Positions 40,330 through 53,340 of a stretch of 64,000 nt of DNA are shown here, piece by piece (positions within the stretch are counted from its first letter, which is position 1; the number at the start of each line of letters is the position of its first letter). The DNA lies in NCBI GenBank assembly GCA_964016885.1, contig OZ024740.1, positions 235,910,001 to 235,974,000 on the forward strand, given 5' to 3'. The DNA is from Eledone cirrhosa. Lineage: Eukaryota. The notes beneath the pieces were generated by a model that saw nothing but the letters and a program-made list of their open reading frames with translations, did no database searches and had not been told where the DNA came from. Made by a program: the position numbers and the translations under genes.

Positions 40330-40990
40330 AGGGTGGGGCAGCGTTTTGGCTGCACCTTGCGGACAAAACAACAAAGGCATGTCCATGGACAATGGCCAGT
40401 GATACCCGCTGCAACAGCCACCCCACATTCTTAGGGCTCCTTCCTCAGACTAGCTGCAGACATTCCGATTTTACAGAGGAGCTTGTCTGTAATGGGTCTG
40501 AAGATGCCTGAGGTGTCTTTGGCATGACAAGCCTTGGTATTAGTTTGTCTTCCGGTCCTCTGCATTGTGGGCTGCAGTACTGAGGTTTGTGGCTAAAGTG
40601 ACTAAGTTGAAGGCAGAGAATGTGTCATAGTATGTGGTGTCCCAGATAAGGGATTTACCTCCTTTGAATGGGAAGAGGGTAATTCCATTGGGGTGCTTGC
40701 CATCACTGTGGTCAAGGCCTGCTAGCTCCAGTTGTGATGGAAAGCCAGCTGAATCCAGTCTCCTTCTCGATGTGTCGTTGAGAGCGATATGTCGGGGAAC
40801 TGGCCTGCCCTCTGGCAGCAAGACAGTGGGTGCAAGCCAAACTTATCAACGACAGCCACACAACGACATTTGTGTGGCTCACACATGCAGAGGCCGAGGT
40901 GTTGGGTCATTCTGATGCAAGTGCACTCATCAACAAGAAGGGTACCAGTTGATGAAGAGGGCACCAAATTGAGCCAACGTTCACATTTTT
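40330..40990 (-). mobile_element. CRE-like retrotransposon fragment (second subfamily)
   Basis: CRC..VDKFGLHPLSC, RHIALND, DGKHPNGITLFPFKGGKSLIWDTT, WLLQRVSLAIV. Confidence 0.78.
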
Positions 40991-42279
40991 TAATGTGAAC
41001 CTTGACTTTTTTCTGTGTCTTTGTGCTATTGTGTATATATCTAAAAATAGTTTTTTCAAAGAATCCTTGTTCTTCAAAATCCCTTGGCCAATGACCTCCA
41101 CCCATTTCCCAAATCATCACTTTTCCCAACCATCAGAAAACATAAATACAACAGTTTTACAAGGACAGTTGGCTTTCTAAATGATTTCATCTGAATGAAA
41201 CAATTCTAGTCCCGTAAAAGTCATTTCTATATATATATGTGTGTGTTTGTATGAAACACTACCCAACTGATCAGCATGAAGCCATTCACCAACACTCCAG
41301 CCTTTGGCAGACAGGCATGTTGTTTCCTCACTATGCCTTTTCTATGACTTCTACAGTAGACTTAGATGATCTTGTGTTGCTTCTGCTCAGGCCCACCTAA
41401 CACACTTATTTCTCCCTATTTGATTATCCATATTGTGTTTCCCTCTTCCCAGAACTTGAAAAACCACTACATACAGTCCTTTCTTTCCAGAATGTCGACC
41501 CTTTGGAATTCTTTCTCAGATCATATTTTTCCTGCAATTGTTGATTTGCAGTTATTCCAGAAGAACTTTTAAAAGGCCTGTGATGGTTATAGACACAGCC
41601 CTTTACTCCAGACTCATGATGATGATAATGATCATCATCATCATTTACTGTCTGTTTTCTCTGCTATTAAGAGTTAGATGAATTGACAAAGACTGAGTCA
41701 TTACTAACATGGATCTATTGACTTCTAAGATGTGCCAAGGACCTGCACCTCCTTTACATATGTTCCCATATTCTACTGAGTGCTGAGACAGTCAGGGGCC
41801 TGCATCTTACTTACATACATTCTTGTGCTCCACTGAGTGCATTTAATCATGGCACCATGTCTTTGACACAGCTAAAGAGATCCTCCCAATCCCTTGTTTG
41901 GCAAGTTTTCAGATTGAATGCCCTTTCTATCACCAACCACTTTACAAAGTGTACTGATTGCATTTATCATACAGATCATTAACAAAAGAAAGTAGTTTAG
42001 TGGTTGATATTAGGTTCATGACATTAAAAAAATAAGTCAACTGTAGATGAGGTACCAATTTATCTTACATGACATTCCCAGAATGATTTGATAAACACTC
42101 CCACATGGTTCTTGGTTGACTTTATCAGAGTTCATGTTGTTGCAAGCATTTTAACCAGCAATGCCAGATTTACAGCTTATATATATATATAAAGTTATAT
42201 CTGTATAAATATATATATTCAATTCAGTGAAGTATATATTGAAACATTCCAGTTAAATGAAGAGTGACATGGTAGACAG

Positions 42280-43800
42280 AGCCATAAAAAGAAAGAAACA
42301 GGCCTGAAAAGACTGGGAGCAGAGTGCAATACTGAACAGCTAGAAGATAGGCTAGGCACCAGGTATACTTAGCAAGGAGAGAAGCAGAAAAGAAGGAGTT
42401 TGTACATGTTCAACAATGTGAAGTGTTCAAGATTGTGAGACAGTGCTAGAGAAAATAGAGATGTTGAGGAAAAGTGTGTTCAAAGTAATAGCGGAGTACA
42501 TGCTCGGACTAATGCTCAAAAGGAGGCATGGAAGCATTATTAAAAAAGAAAGATTGTTGAACAAAGAAAATAATTGGGAAAGTGAGGACCTGCTCCAAAA
42601 AGACCCAACAGAGGGACCAGTACAAAAATTGGCAGTAGTAAGATAGACAAAATAGTCAAGGATATGAAGGTTGGGAAGGCAGCTGGATCATCCAGTATAG
42701 TTGCTGAAATGCTAAAAATGCCTGGCATGATAGGATAAAAGCTTGTCAGGTGAATGATCAAACAAATAGAACAAGTTGGTAGATTACTCAATAACTGGTG
42801 TAGCAGTGACATTGTAAACTCCTACAAGGGTAAGAGAGAGGTAATGACAGAGATATCAAATTGATGGATCAGGTCATGAAAGTTACTGAAAGGGTTATAA
42901 TGCAAATATTTAGTGACAGAATTAAACTAGATGAGATGAGTTTAACTTTATGCCCTCTTCCTTGTGTGACAACTGCAGGAGAAGTACTTAGCCTCTACCT
43001 AGATTTTGTGGATCTGGAGGAGGCCTTTGATAAGGTTCTCCATTCTGTAATCTGGTTGGTACTTAGGAAGCTAGAAGTAGATGAATGGCTTGTGAGGGCC
43101 GTACAAGCAGTGTATAGAGGTGTTACTATAAGGTGCACACAATACAATCTATAGATGCATAAGAAATGTAGTGGAATTAAGGCAGGTTAACAGAAAAAGT
43201 AGCTTTTGAATGCAGCAGATGTACAAGAGAAATAAGTAGTAAGAGGACTTATAAAATAAATTCTTTCAATTGCCTGGGAAGCTGTTGATAGCTTTTGCTA
43301 CCTGAGGCACCTCAGTGGAGGAGGATATTTGGTGAGTGTAGTAGTTAGAGTTAGAATAGGCTAGAAGAATTTTAGGGAACTAGTATCTCTGCTGACAACA
43401 AAGGGCTTCTCTCTCATTGGGAAGACTAGTCTGTAAATGTTTGCAGGGGAATTGCAATGGTATATGGCAATGAGACATTGCAGTGAGACATGGGGCTTGC
43501 CTGCAGAAGATCTGCAAAGGCTAGAAAGAAATGAAATGATGTGTAATTTTAGTATGCATGAACAACATAGCACAAGTGAGGTGAAACAAACATTCAGCAA
43601 GAGAGAAGACTGCTTTGGTATGGACAAGTGATGAATATGTAAGATGACAGCTGTATAAAGAAGTGCAGAAAAATCTCAGTGGAAGAGGCAGACCCAGGAA
43701 AACATGAGAGAGTGAGGGTTGATCTTATAAAGCTGAACCTCACAGAGATGACAAAAGACTGCAGTGACTGGTGGCATGTAGTACTGGATAAAACCCATCT
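42280..43800 (+). mobile_element. Degenerate RTE-clade LINE (RT remnants)
   Basis: Broken RT pieces: KAAG..IVAEMLK, FVDLEEAFDKV, LRKLEVDEWLVRAV, RLERNE; many stops and frameshifts. Confidence 0.85.
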
Positions 43801-45932
43801 ATTAAAACAAGATGACCCTCCCTTTCTGCTATAGTATCTGCTAAGACTCTTCTACACTATTTAATCTATCTTCAGTGTGGATGTGGTTTGACCCATTCTT
43901 ACCCTACTTCTCACATCATTGTTCTTTAGTAACTCCTCTCATCATCTTTAAACCTACTCTATTGGGGATCATTTCCACTCACCTGGGCACTGATCTTTCT
44001 CACCTGACTAACATGTAAAATAAAAATATTCCAGCAGTGATACAATGAAAAATACAGTGTTCTGCCTGTAGTAGATTTAAATTTATGAAGAAGTTTGAAA
44101 ATATTACCCATTGCCTCATGTACACAATTACCCAACAACAACTGTGTACTGTATGTTATATTTATAAGCATTGCAATGAACTTGCAGAGTCATTAAAATG
44201 TTGGATAGAATGCTTTGAGGTGTTTGTACCAGCTCTCTGCACTCAGAGGTCAATTTTGCCTTCATCTTTTCAGGGTCAATTCTTCCTCTCTCTCTATGGA
44301 AGAATTGGCTGTATTTATACCTGGAGTGGGACAGGCTCCATCAGGTATAAATGCCCATGTTACAACAGTTCCCCTTGACTCCTTCATGCATTCAGGGTCC
44401 ATGGATAGATGTATATATACACATACACTTACAGACACACACACACAAGCATGCACACACACACAAACTCACACACACACATATATAATTCAAACTAAAA
44501 GATATATGTATATTGAGAGAGATAGTACATATTTTTCTTTGAAATATGTACTTTGTATATATGCAATATATTGTGTTATTCTCATGGGATATATGGTTCT
44601 TTTTCTCTCTTTATATATCTACATATATCTTTTAGTTTGAATTATTATAGCTCTGAACAAACGTCCATTGAGATTTTTATTTGATATGTTTTGATACCTT
44701 AAATTTGTGTATACACACACACACACATATATATATATGAATATATATATATATATACATATACATGTACATATACATATATATACATGTGTGTGTGTAT
44801 ATATATTATATATATATGTGTGTGTGTGTATATATATTATATATATATATATACACATATACATCTATCTATCTATCTAAAATAGTACAATATGTGTGGG
44901 CGTGTGTGTAGGCATCCTCCTATTTGTGGTGTTTATTAAAGTGAAAGTGAAATATCTAGGCAGGAAATCGAAAACTGAAACGTAAACACAGACGACAATG
45001 AAATTAATGTTTGTATATATGCTGTTACAAGTGAAAATTGTATTAATAAATAAAACCGAAAAGAAACAAACAGTTAAATGTAATGTGATGATATCACCAT
45101 CTTAACCGTTTTACGTCTATTTTCCATGCTTGCATTGATTTATTAGACATGACAGATAACTGTGTTTTGCTTATAAATTTTTGCATGGTTTCTATGGCTG
45201 GATACCCTTCCTAATGTCAACTACTTTATTGCATGTACCAAGTGCGCTTTATCATGGCACTGCCTCTACCACCCGACGGGGTGGAGTGGGTGCTTTTATA
45301 GTGGCACCAGCACTACCAATTTACAGTGTTGACGGGGTACATTTTATTATGGGAACAGAACAATCATTTTCGAAATTAGAGCGCTTGTTATGTCCTTGGC
45401 CAGGCTGGGGAGGCAGTGATAGGGGTAAGGTTGGGGTAAGAGTGAATGGCTACATGTTGCTTGCCGAATAATAGAGAGGGCGAGAAGGAAAGGTAGGTGG
45501 CACATTGTTGGGTAGGTGGACACCTGTCTTTCCATGCTGGCATTGTTTGACAAGGAACCGATGATAAGGAAGGAAGGAAGGGAATATTAAAGTGGCAGAA
45601 GGGGAGATCTAGTGTGTAAGTGCATGGAGCTGGAGACTGGGAGGTTAGTTATATATATATATATATATATATGTGTGTCTATTTATTTACTGCGAAATAG
45701 TGATATATAAACAGAAGGGTAGAGGAAGGGGAAGAGAAGAAAGAAAAAGAACTGATATTATTTAAATGACAAAGAGAGGGTGGGAGAGAAAAGCTGTCGA
45801 AGTCATTCTCAAAATCTTCAACAAGCTGGGTCAATGTCAGAGGTCAGAATACGTTATCATCGCGCACTTGCTTAGAGAACATCTTCTAATTTGTTATTCT
45901 GCAGTTCGGTCTACAACTTCAATAACACCAGC

Positions 45933-46049
45933 ATGACTTTGTCATATGTAATTTTCAGAGGGATCTCACGAGGCACCCGACTAAGTACCCGGTCACTAGA
46001 GTTGTCATACAACTACAATTTTAACAAAAGACTGTACTCCAGCACCGAG
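45933..46049 (+). CDS. AMT: AMT exon 1: mitochondrial targeting peptide (MTLSYVIFRGISRGTRLSTRSLELSYNYNFNKRLYSSTE)
   Basis: Arg/Ser-rich, acid-poor peptide with an R-L-Y-S-S processing-like motif; donor gtaaag in phase 0 matches the next exon. Confidence 0.75.
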
Positions 46050-47716
46050 GTAAAGCGAAAAGTTAAAACTTTTGTTGTTTCCTGTAGCACACACATTCAT
46101 ATACACAAATACGCATATACTCATTCTTCTTTCATATTTAGACCGTTGCATATTTTTTTAGGTTTATAATATGTTGTATGTAATTTTATTGATAAACATG
46201 ATTTGCTTATATATACGTGAATGTTTACATCCAGCTAATACACGCATAAGAACAATAACAATAACAGATAATACGCACATTACATAATTTCAATTATATA
46301 CACTCTTACGTATTCGCATCTTTTTAAGTGTTACCCGTAGTTGGTATTCTGTATCTGTTTGCGCACATACTTGAACCTACAGGAACAATAATACTCACAA
46401 ACAGAACACACTCAGAACGCGATAAACAGTTCCTCACCAAACACTATACGCAAGTACCACATACACTGGCGCCCCATAAAGTATTTTCTATCGATGTTTA
46501 CTTCGTCTTTTCTGTTATATTTTTCAAGTACGACATTCGTTCATTCACTTTCTCTCTTTCTAACCCACCCTCTATTCTCATATAAAATGCCCCCCCCCCC
46601 TCCCCCGCCTTCACTTTAACTAAAACATTAGCACGTGTTCTTCAGTCTTATTACACGCAGAGTTTACGAGTCGACGAAATAGCATCCAAAATTTCCCTTA
46701 AATCCTATCCCACAGGCTTAAAAATAGGGAAGGAACACGTTGAATAATGTAATACGGAATAAAATGTACTTAGAAAAAAATTATAACTGGATTGATGGTC
46801 ACGATTAGGATGCTTGCTCAGCCGGGGCTGACACGGAACAATACATTAACAAACACATCGCATCAATATATAGAATACATATTATAGGACCCTTTTCTTG
46901 TTCTTATTTTAATATTCTGTCACTTCGAATAATACTTAAACTTTCATACAGTTATAGAAAATTGATCTGAGTCAGAGTCTACAGAACTGTGTAAGTGCTG
47001 TATCTCTCACAAACCTTATTATATGACATTAAACTGGAGCTTATACACGGTCGCTAGACGTGTTAGAAATAACAGCCAAATTCTCTCAAACTCAGATCTG
47101 CCAACCTCTAAAAATCCAAACGGGGAGTACCATGAAAAAAAGTACCCCCAAACGGGGAGAAATGAGGCAAAATGGGGTTTCACATAATTGTTTCTACTTT
47201 TTGGCACAAGGCCCGCAATTACTCAGTGCATTACTGGTTCTTTATTTTATCGACAATGAAAGCTATACCCATTTTCACAAGAGAAGACATCTTTCACCCA
47301 TCCCAAAGTCTGGGGTATCTCCTCGTCGGACGGGGAGAGTTGACAGGTCTGCAAACTATATCTTACTGTCTTAAAAAAGGAAGGACATAGTCCAAAACAA
47401 GGAACAGCTACTTTTTGTAATGGCCCACTTTTGAATATTTTTTTTTAGTTTTGCCCATGGCCCATATATATATATATAAATTGTAAACGGTCCGGTGCTA
47501 ATAGAGAACATCTCAATAGCCCACCTATTGCCAACCCCTGGTCCAAGATATGTAAATAGATGACAGATTCACGACTGAAATGCACCAATAGGGCTGATCA
47601 ATACCTTTTTACATGCTACGCTATTTTCATCATTCGAGCCAACCATGGCAGTCCCTATTTGGTTACTTGATCTTCAAAAAATAGCAACCAAGCCTCCATT
47701 AAACCACTCTCTAGTG

Positions 47717-47871
47717 CAGTGGTTCCCTAAGTGAGCTTCGTGAAAAAAGGTAGAGGAGTATCTATATTACGACCATATAACAGTATTAGACGTTGGGGTT
47801 CCCCCCCCCCCCCCCCCCAAAGTTTCTGAACCCCCAAAAGGTTCCGCATTTGAAAAGGTTTAGGAAACCTG
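47717..47871. mobile_element. hAT-type MITE with 8-bp TSD
   Basis: CAGTGGTTCCC...GGAAACCTG flanked by duplicated CTCTAGTG. Confidence 0.75.
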
Positions 47872-48429
47872 CTCTAGTGTCTTTAAAAAAGGGCTTGTTG
47901 GATAATTTAATTTCAGAATTCTACCTACTACATTCGGTATTTGATAACTTTTTATTTATTAATTAAAATTTCGGGATTGCCTCCCCTACATTTTTTTTTT
48001 TTATTGAATTAATCGTTTAAGATAACGATTGTTACCATCACTCAGGGTTTAATTCACATGTCTATGTCTTGGCTAACGACATCAAGTATTCTAGCATCCA
48101 CGCTACCATTAAGCTGTAAAATATGTCTCCCTATTAATTTTCCTCTAGTCATTAAAAAATAATCACTATGCAAGCCTTCCGGCGTTAAGGGGCTTAAGCC
48201 CCTTCAATAGTGTGGAAACTTGTTGAATGATCTTAAAGTTTTGTAATTATGTAATGAATCATTGTTCAAATAAGTAACAAGAACAAATAAACACAATTGA
48301 CTCGAAATATGTTTGTATACTCTTTTACCTGTTTCAGCCATCCGGCTGAGGCCATGCTGGGGCACTGCCCTATGATCATGTTTTTAATTTCTTTCTTTGT
48401 CTCGTATTGGTGATAAAAAGAAGCGTGAG

Positions 48430-49075
48430 CTAATAATAATTGTTTCTACTTTTGGCACAAGGCCAGCAATTATCCAGTACATTACTGGTACTTTATTTTA
48501 TCGACCCCGTAAGGACGTAAGGCAAAATTAACCTCGATGGGATTTGAACTCAGACCGTAAAAGGACGTAACTATGCTAGAAAGCATGGCCTCCAACCCTC
48601 TACGATACTGCCAATTCTCCGCCCGTATTGGTGATAAAAAGAAGCATGAGCTAATAACGCTTCTACTTTTGGCACGAGGCCAGCAATTATCCAAGTCATT
48701 ACTGGTGCTTTATTTCATCGACCCCGTAAGGATAAAAAGGCAAAGTTAACCTCGGCGGGATTAATAATAATAATTGTTTCTACTTTTGGCACAAGGCCAG
48801 CAATTATCTCACTGTATTACTGGTACTTTATTTTATCGACTCCGTAAGGATGAAAGGCAAAGTTAACCTCGACGGGATTTGAACTCAGACCATAAAGGGC
48901 CGTAACTCTTTGCTGCAAAGCATGGCGTCAGACCCTCTACCGATACTGCCAATCCACCTATATAGGCGCAAGGCCAGTAATTTTGGGGGAGGGGAAAGTC
49001 GATTAAATCGACCCCAGTGCGTGACTGGTACTTTGTTTTATCAACCCTGTAAGGATGAAAAGCAAAGCTAACCAA
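48430..49075 (-). mobile_element. Tandem cluster of SINE copies (core ttgcctttcatccttacggggtcgataaaataaagtaccag)
   Basis: About four overlapping copies; dispersed copies near 3000, 11500, 14420, 23960, 29450, 34400, 47190, 49340, 53150 and 55700. Confidence 0.75.
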
Positions 49076-49078
49076 TAA

Positions 49079-49459
49079 CCTATATATATAAAACTGAGGA
49101 TGTCTGTGTGTGTGTGTGTGTGTGAGTTTGAATCCCTAAAACTCGAGAAGCACCAAACCGACTGTTTTCAAACTTTACACATGTAATACTTATGTTTCAG
49201 GGAGTGTTCTGAGCAAAGAAAATTTCAAATTTTCAATGCCCTAGGGACAGCATTAGGCGATTTAACGATCTCTCTCTGTATAATTCTTAGTCTTTCTCTT
49301 TTTAGATAGATACATACATATAACGTCGCGCCCTTATAATTGTTTCTACTTTAGGCACAAGGCCAGCAATTATCCAGTGCATTACTGGTATTTTATTTTA
49401 TCGACCCCGTATATAATATCTGTATGTATGTCTAGCTGTCTGCATTACGTCACTTCCCT

Positions 49460-49548
<89 letters not shown>

Positions 49549-50140
49549 TTTGAATCCCTAAAACTCGAGAAGTACCCAACCGATTATTTTCAAACTTTAC
49601 ATGTGTATTACTTATGTTTCAGGGAGTGTTATGCACATAAAAAAATTCAAGTTTTTGATCTCCTGAGGTGAAAAACTGCGTTTTTTCAGGTTTTTAGGGG
49701 TTATTCGAGGCATTATGTCAGACCGATTTCCTTGCAATTGTAACTATGTATTAGTCAGTCTCTTCTTCATACCATGAGCAAAGAAAATCCAACCTTTTTT
49801 TTTATGGCCTAGGGCCTGGATTAGGTGAAAAACTTCATTTTTTTTCAGCTTTTTAGGGCTTTTTAAAGGCGCTACGTCTAGCCGCTTTTCCAGAAATTTC
49901 AAGGCATATTATGCACATAAAAAAAATTTATCTTCTTGAACCCCTACTGTCCGCATTAGGTGAAAACCTGCATTTTTCCTGCTTCATCGAGGAAAATCTT
50001 AAAGATTATCCAGCCATCAGAGTATTCAGTTTATTTTCTTTACATATTGTCCAGGCATGCAGTTTTTCCACGATTAGGTCTGTTGGCGGCCCGCGTCCCA
50101 AAATACCTTATCCCGTGCAACGCCGGGTACCACTGCTAGT
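49079..50140 (+). mobile_element. Non-autonomous Helitron-like element with internal duplication and (GT)n
   Basis: 3' hairpin cccgtgcaacgccggg plus CTAGT at 50112-50140; duplicated ~110-bp module after (GT)n at ~49120 and ~49545. Confidence 0.6.
49462..49546. repeat. (GT)n microsatellite
   Basis: ~85-bp pure GT run; other (TA)n/(CA)n runs at 6563-6660, 35526-35620, 44710-44860 and 59869-59905. Confidence 0.95.
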
Positions 50141-50629
50141 AATAAATAATAATAATATACATGTACAATATACATACCCCCCCCCCCCCCCACACCCCCA
50201 AAAAAATCCCCAAACTGTAACGGAAGTTCTGCTATGCCACTTTTGTGTTCACCCACAAAAATCTATATCTCTATTCATTCAAAAATCTGTTGGAATGGTT
50301 AGACTGAAGCGAAGTCTTTGGGTTGTTGTGGAAGAGGATGATAAACACGACAAATACCAATAATTTTGGTTGGAAAAATAACTTTACTTCACTTCAGCAC
50401 AAAGGAAAAAGAATATAATAACAATGAAAATTATTGTGTACAGTGCTCAGCTGCACTACTTCAAATCATAAATATAAAGTTTGATTGTAGTATTCAAAAA
50501 TGAATATAGTGTTCAAAAAAGCTTCTTCGATGTTCCTTTAAAAAGTGAAAAGTTGTAGTCAGACAGTACGTACCAGCATAGGTAGTAATAAACTTGCAGT
50601 GATAAGGAAGTCGTGTTGTCTATATCATA

Positions 50630-51130
50630 GGGCAGATGACTGAATGGAAGAATTGCTGTGAAGACTGAGACACTCATCCTCTCAAGGAGGTTTGCACAGT
50701 GCATTCTACATGTGAGTGGAGTTCCACTGAAGCAGGTAGAGAAGGCCAAGTATCTTGGTGCTGTGTTTATGAGAGATGGAAGGCAGGAGGCTGAATTAAA
50801 TACAGGAATTGCAGGAGCTGGTGCAGTAATGCGCCAACTTCAGCATTCAGTAATCAGAAGTGTGATAGGTGTAAAAACCAAACTTGTTATCTTTTCAGTA
50901 TTCATGCCAACCCTTATCTATGGTCATGAGTTTTGGGTAATGACTTAAAGAATATAATTGCAAATACAAGTGGCTGAAATTGGGTTCTTCTAAAGGGACT
51001 TTGGAGTAACGTTACTTGATAGTGTGCATAACTTGGCGATCGGGGAGTTGCTCCAGGTAGAGCTGCTACTTCTCTGAATTGAGAGATCACAGCTTTGATA
51101 TTACAGACATGTCAGAATGTCTCAGGGAAG
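50630..51130 (+). mobile_element. Non-LTR retrotransposon RT C-terminal fragment
   Basis: ORF 50658..50948: LKQVEKAKYLG...PTLIYGHEFW. Confidence 0.75.
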
Positions 51131-52062
51131 AAAAGGCGGTGTGCTTGAGGACACTGCCCCAGCACCCCCACCCCATCTGGAATAAGTGGGCAAAGAAGAA
51201 TTTCTCAATGAAATACATTATCATGCACTTGATAAGATATGTCTGAATTATAGGTGTGCTTACCTTGGGTTAAACAAGGTCAACCTTCATTAACATGTGA
51301 AAATAAAGGTCAGATCAAGAAGATATAAATGTTTTTACTTGTGCAGCCACATGCATTTGGATATTTGAATTGTTAAGAGACCAGAGGCTATAGTGTTTGA
51401 ACAATATAGGGTCTAGGAGGACTTTTATGTCTGGACAATCATGCAAGAACCACTTTAGTGCTGGTGCCATAATAAAATGCACCTGGCTCACCATGTGCTA
51501 GTGCCATGAAAAAACATATCCAATACACCCTGTAAGATGGTTGGGGCTAAAATAGAATGCATGAACAAGATACAGTCATCTGACATTTCTAGCCTTATTA
51601 AGTGACAACCTGTCCAACCCATTCCAGTGTGGAAAGTAAACATAGAAACGATAATGATGATGATGAGTTGCCCTGAAGAACCAACAAACACAGAATTGTG
51701 AAGTAGTCACCCTCTTAGTTTTAAATGAATATATACAGGGTGTACCCCCCCCCCAAAAAAAAAAATATATATATATACATACTTCAACAGTGTGTATACA
51801 TTTTTTTAGGACACCATGTATATGTATATTTTTATGGACCCACTGCACATACACATATGTATTTTACATGATCACACAACCTCAAGTGTTTAAGAAGGTC
51901 ACTTCACAATCATGGTCTCAGATCAATCTTACTGTGTAGCATTTTTTACCGAAACGTGAATGAAATTAGTTAGATAGAAACTATGGAAGTCTGTTGAATG
52001 AACTGTACCTGTAATTCAAAGGGACAACCATGTCATATACTGATTCTACCTTTTTACACTAA

Positions 52063-52272
52063 CCCTTTAGCATTCAAACCGGCCGTATCTAGCCAGAATT
52101 CTCTCACCTCTTTCTGTTCAAACCGGCTGTAACTGGTCGCTCATACTTATATTAAGGTATTCTCAAAATAAATAATATCAAAATCTCATAGATTTGATAT
52201 GTGAAATAATTATGTAAGATAAAGCCTTTACCACAAAAATACAATACTATATATAATGTAAATGATAAAGGG
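52063..52272 (+). mobile_element. piggyBac-type MITE copy 2
   Basis: Highly similar to 38997-39203; ends AAAGGG|TTAA. Confidence 0.8.
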
Positions 52273-53139
52273 TTAAATCACACACTAAAAGCCTTTGCTA
52301 CAAAAATTGAATAGTATATATAGAGTAATGTAAATGTTAAAGGGCTAATGTCTGGAGTATTTTTTCATTGAAACCAATGAGAATCTATTTATCCTTTTGT
52401 TTTTATAAAGATGTAGGCAGCTTTGTGACTATATTTTCTAATCATATCAATATTTCAAGTACTATATTGTGACAATGTTGGTGCCACAATAAAATGCATT
52501 CAGTCCAAACTGTAAAGTGGTAGTACTGGTGTCACAATAAAATGCACCAAGTACTCTGTAATATAGTTGGCATTAGGGATGGCATCCAGCTGTAGAAGCC
52601 ATGCCACAAATGGAATGTATTAGCAAGATGTTGTCATCTGACCTGTCTAATCTCAGAACAACCTGTCCAAACCATACTAGCATAGAAAACAGAAAATGGT
52701 GGTGACAATTATGATCAAGGGCCTTGGGACATACACAGGCAGCAAATATAGAACATTCAATTGTTAAAGTGGTACTACAGTATGGCCTTAGGTGTGATGG
52801 CTAAAACAAACTAAAGATCTAAAGACTTACAAGTATGTGTGTGTACTTAATGAATTATCAAGGTGCTGGGCGATTTTAAATATTTGGAAATGAAAGAATC
52901 CCAAACGCAGAAAATAACTGTAATAACAGTCAAATGCTATAAGTAATAACTTAGAAGATTATCTGTAGCAGTTGCTGTCCACTTTTTCCCCACCTCTAGG
53001 GGATCTTCAAAGCTATTATTTATAGCCATTTATTATTACTATTATTTTCTGTGTTTGGGATACCTACAAAAAAATATTACAGTTTTTTTTGGATTTTAGA
53101 GCTTAAGTATATATACTGTCTATGTGTATTATTATTACT

Positions 53140-53340
53140 ACGCTCCTTTATGGTCTGAGTTCAAATCCTGCCGAGGTTAACTTTGCCTTTCATTCTTATG
53201 GGGTCGATAAAATAAAGTACCAGTAATGCACTGGGTAATTGCTGGCCTTGTGCCAAAAGTAGAAACAATTATTATTAACTTATGTTTTTTTTATCCCCAA
53301 TATGAGACTAAGAAAGAAGTTAAAAACATGATCATATTTA
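53140..53340 (+). mobile_element. SINE copy inverted relative to 48370-48570
   Basis: Extended reverse-complement similarity including the flank. Confidence 0.7.
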
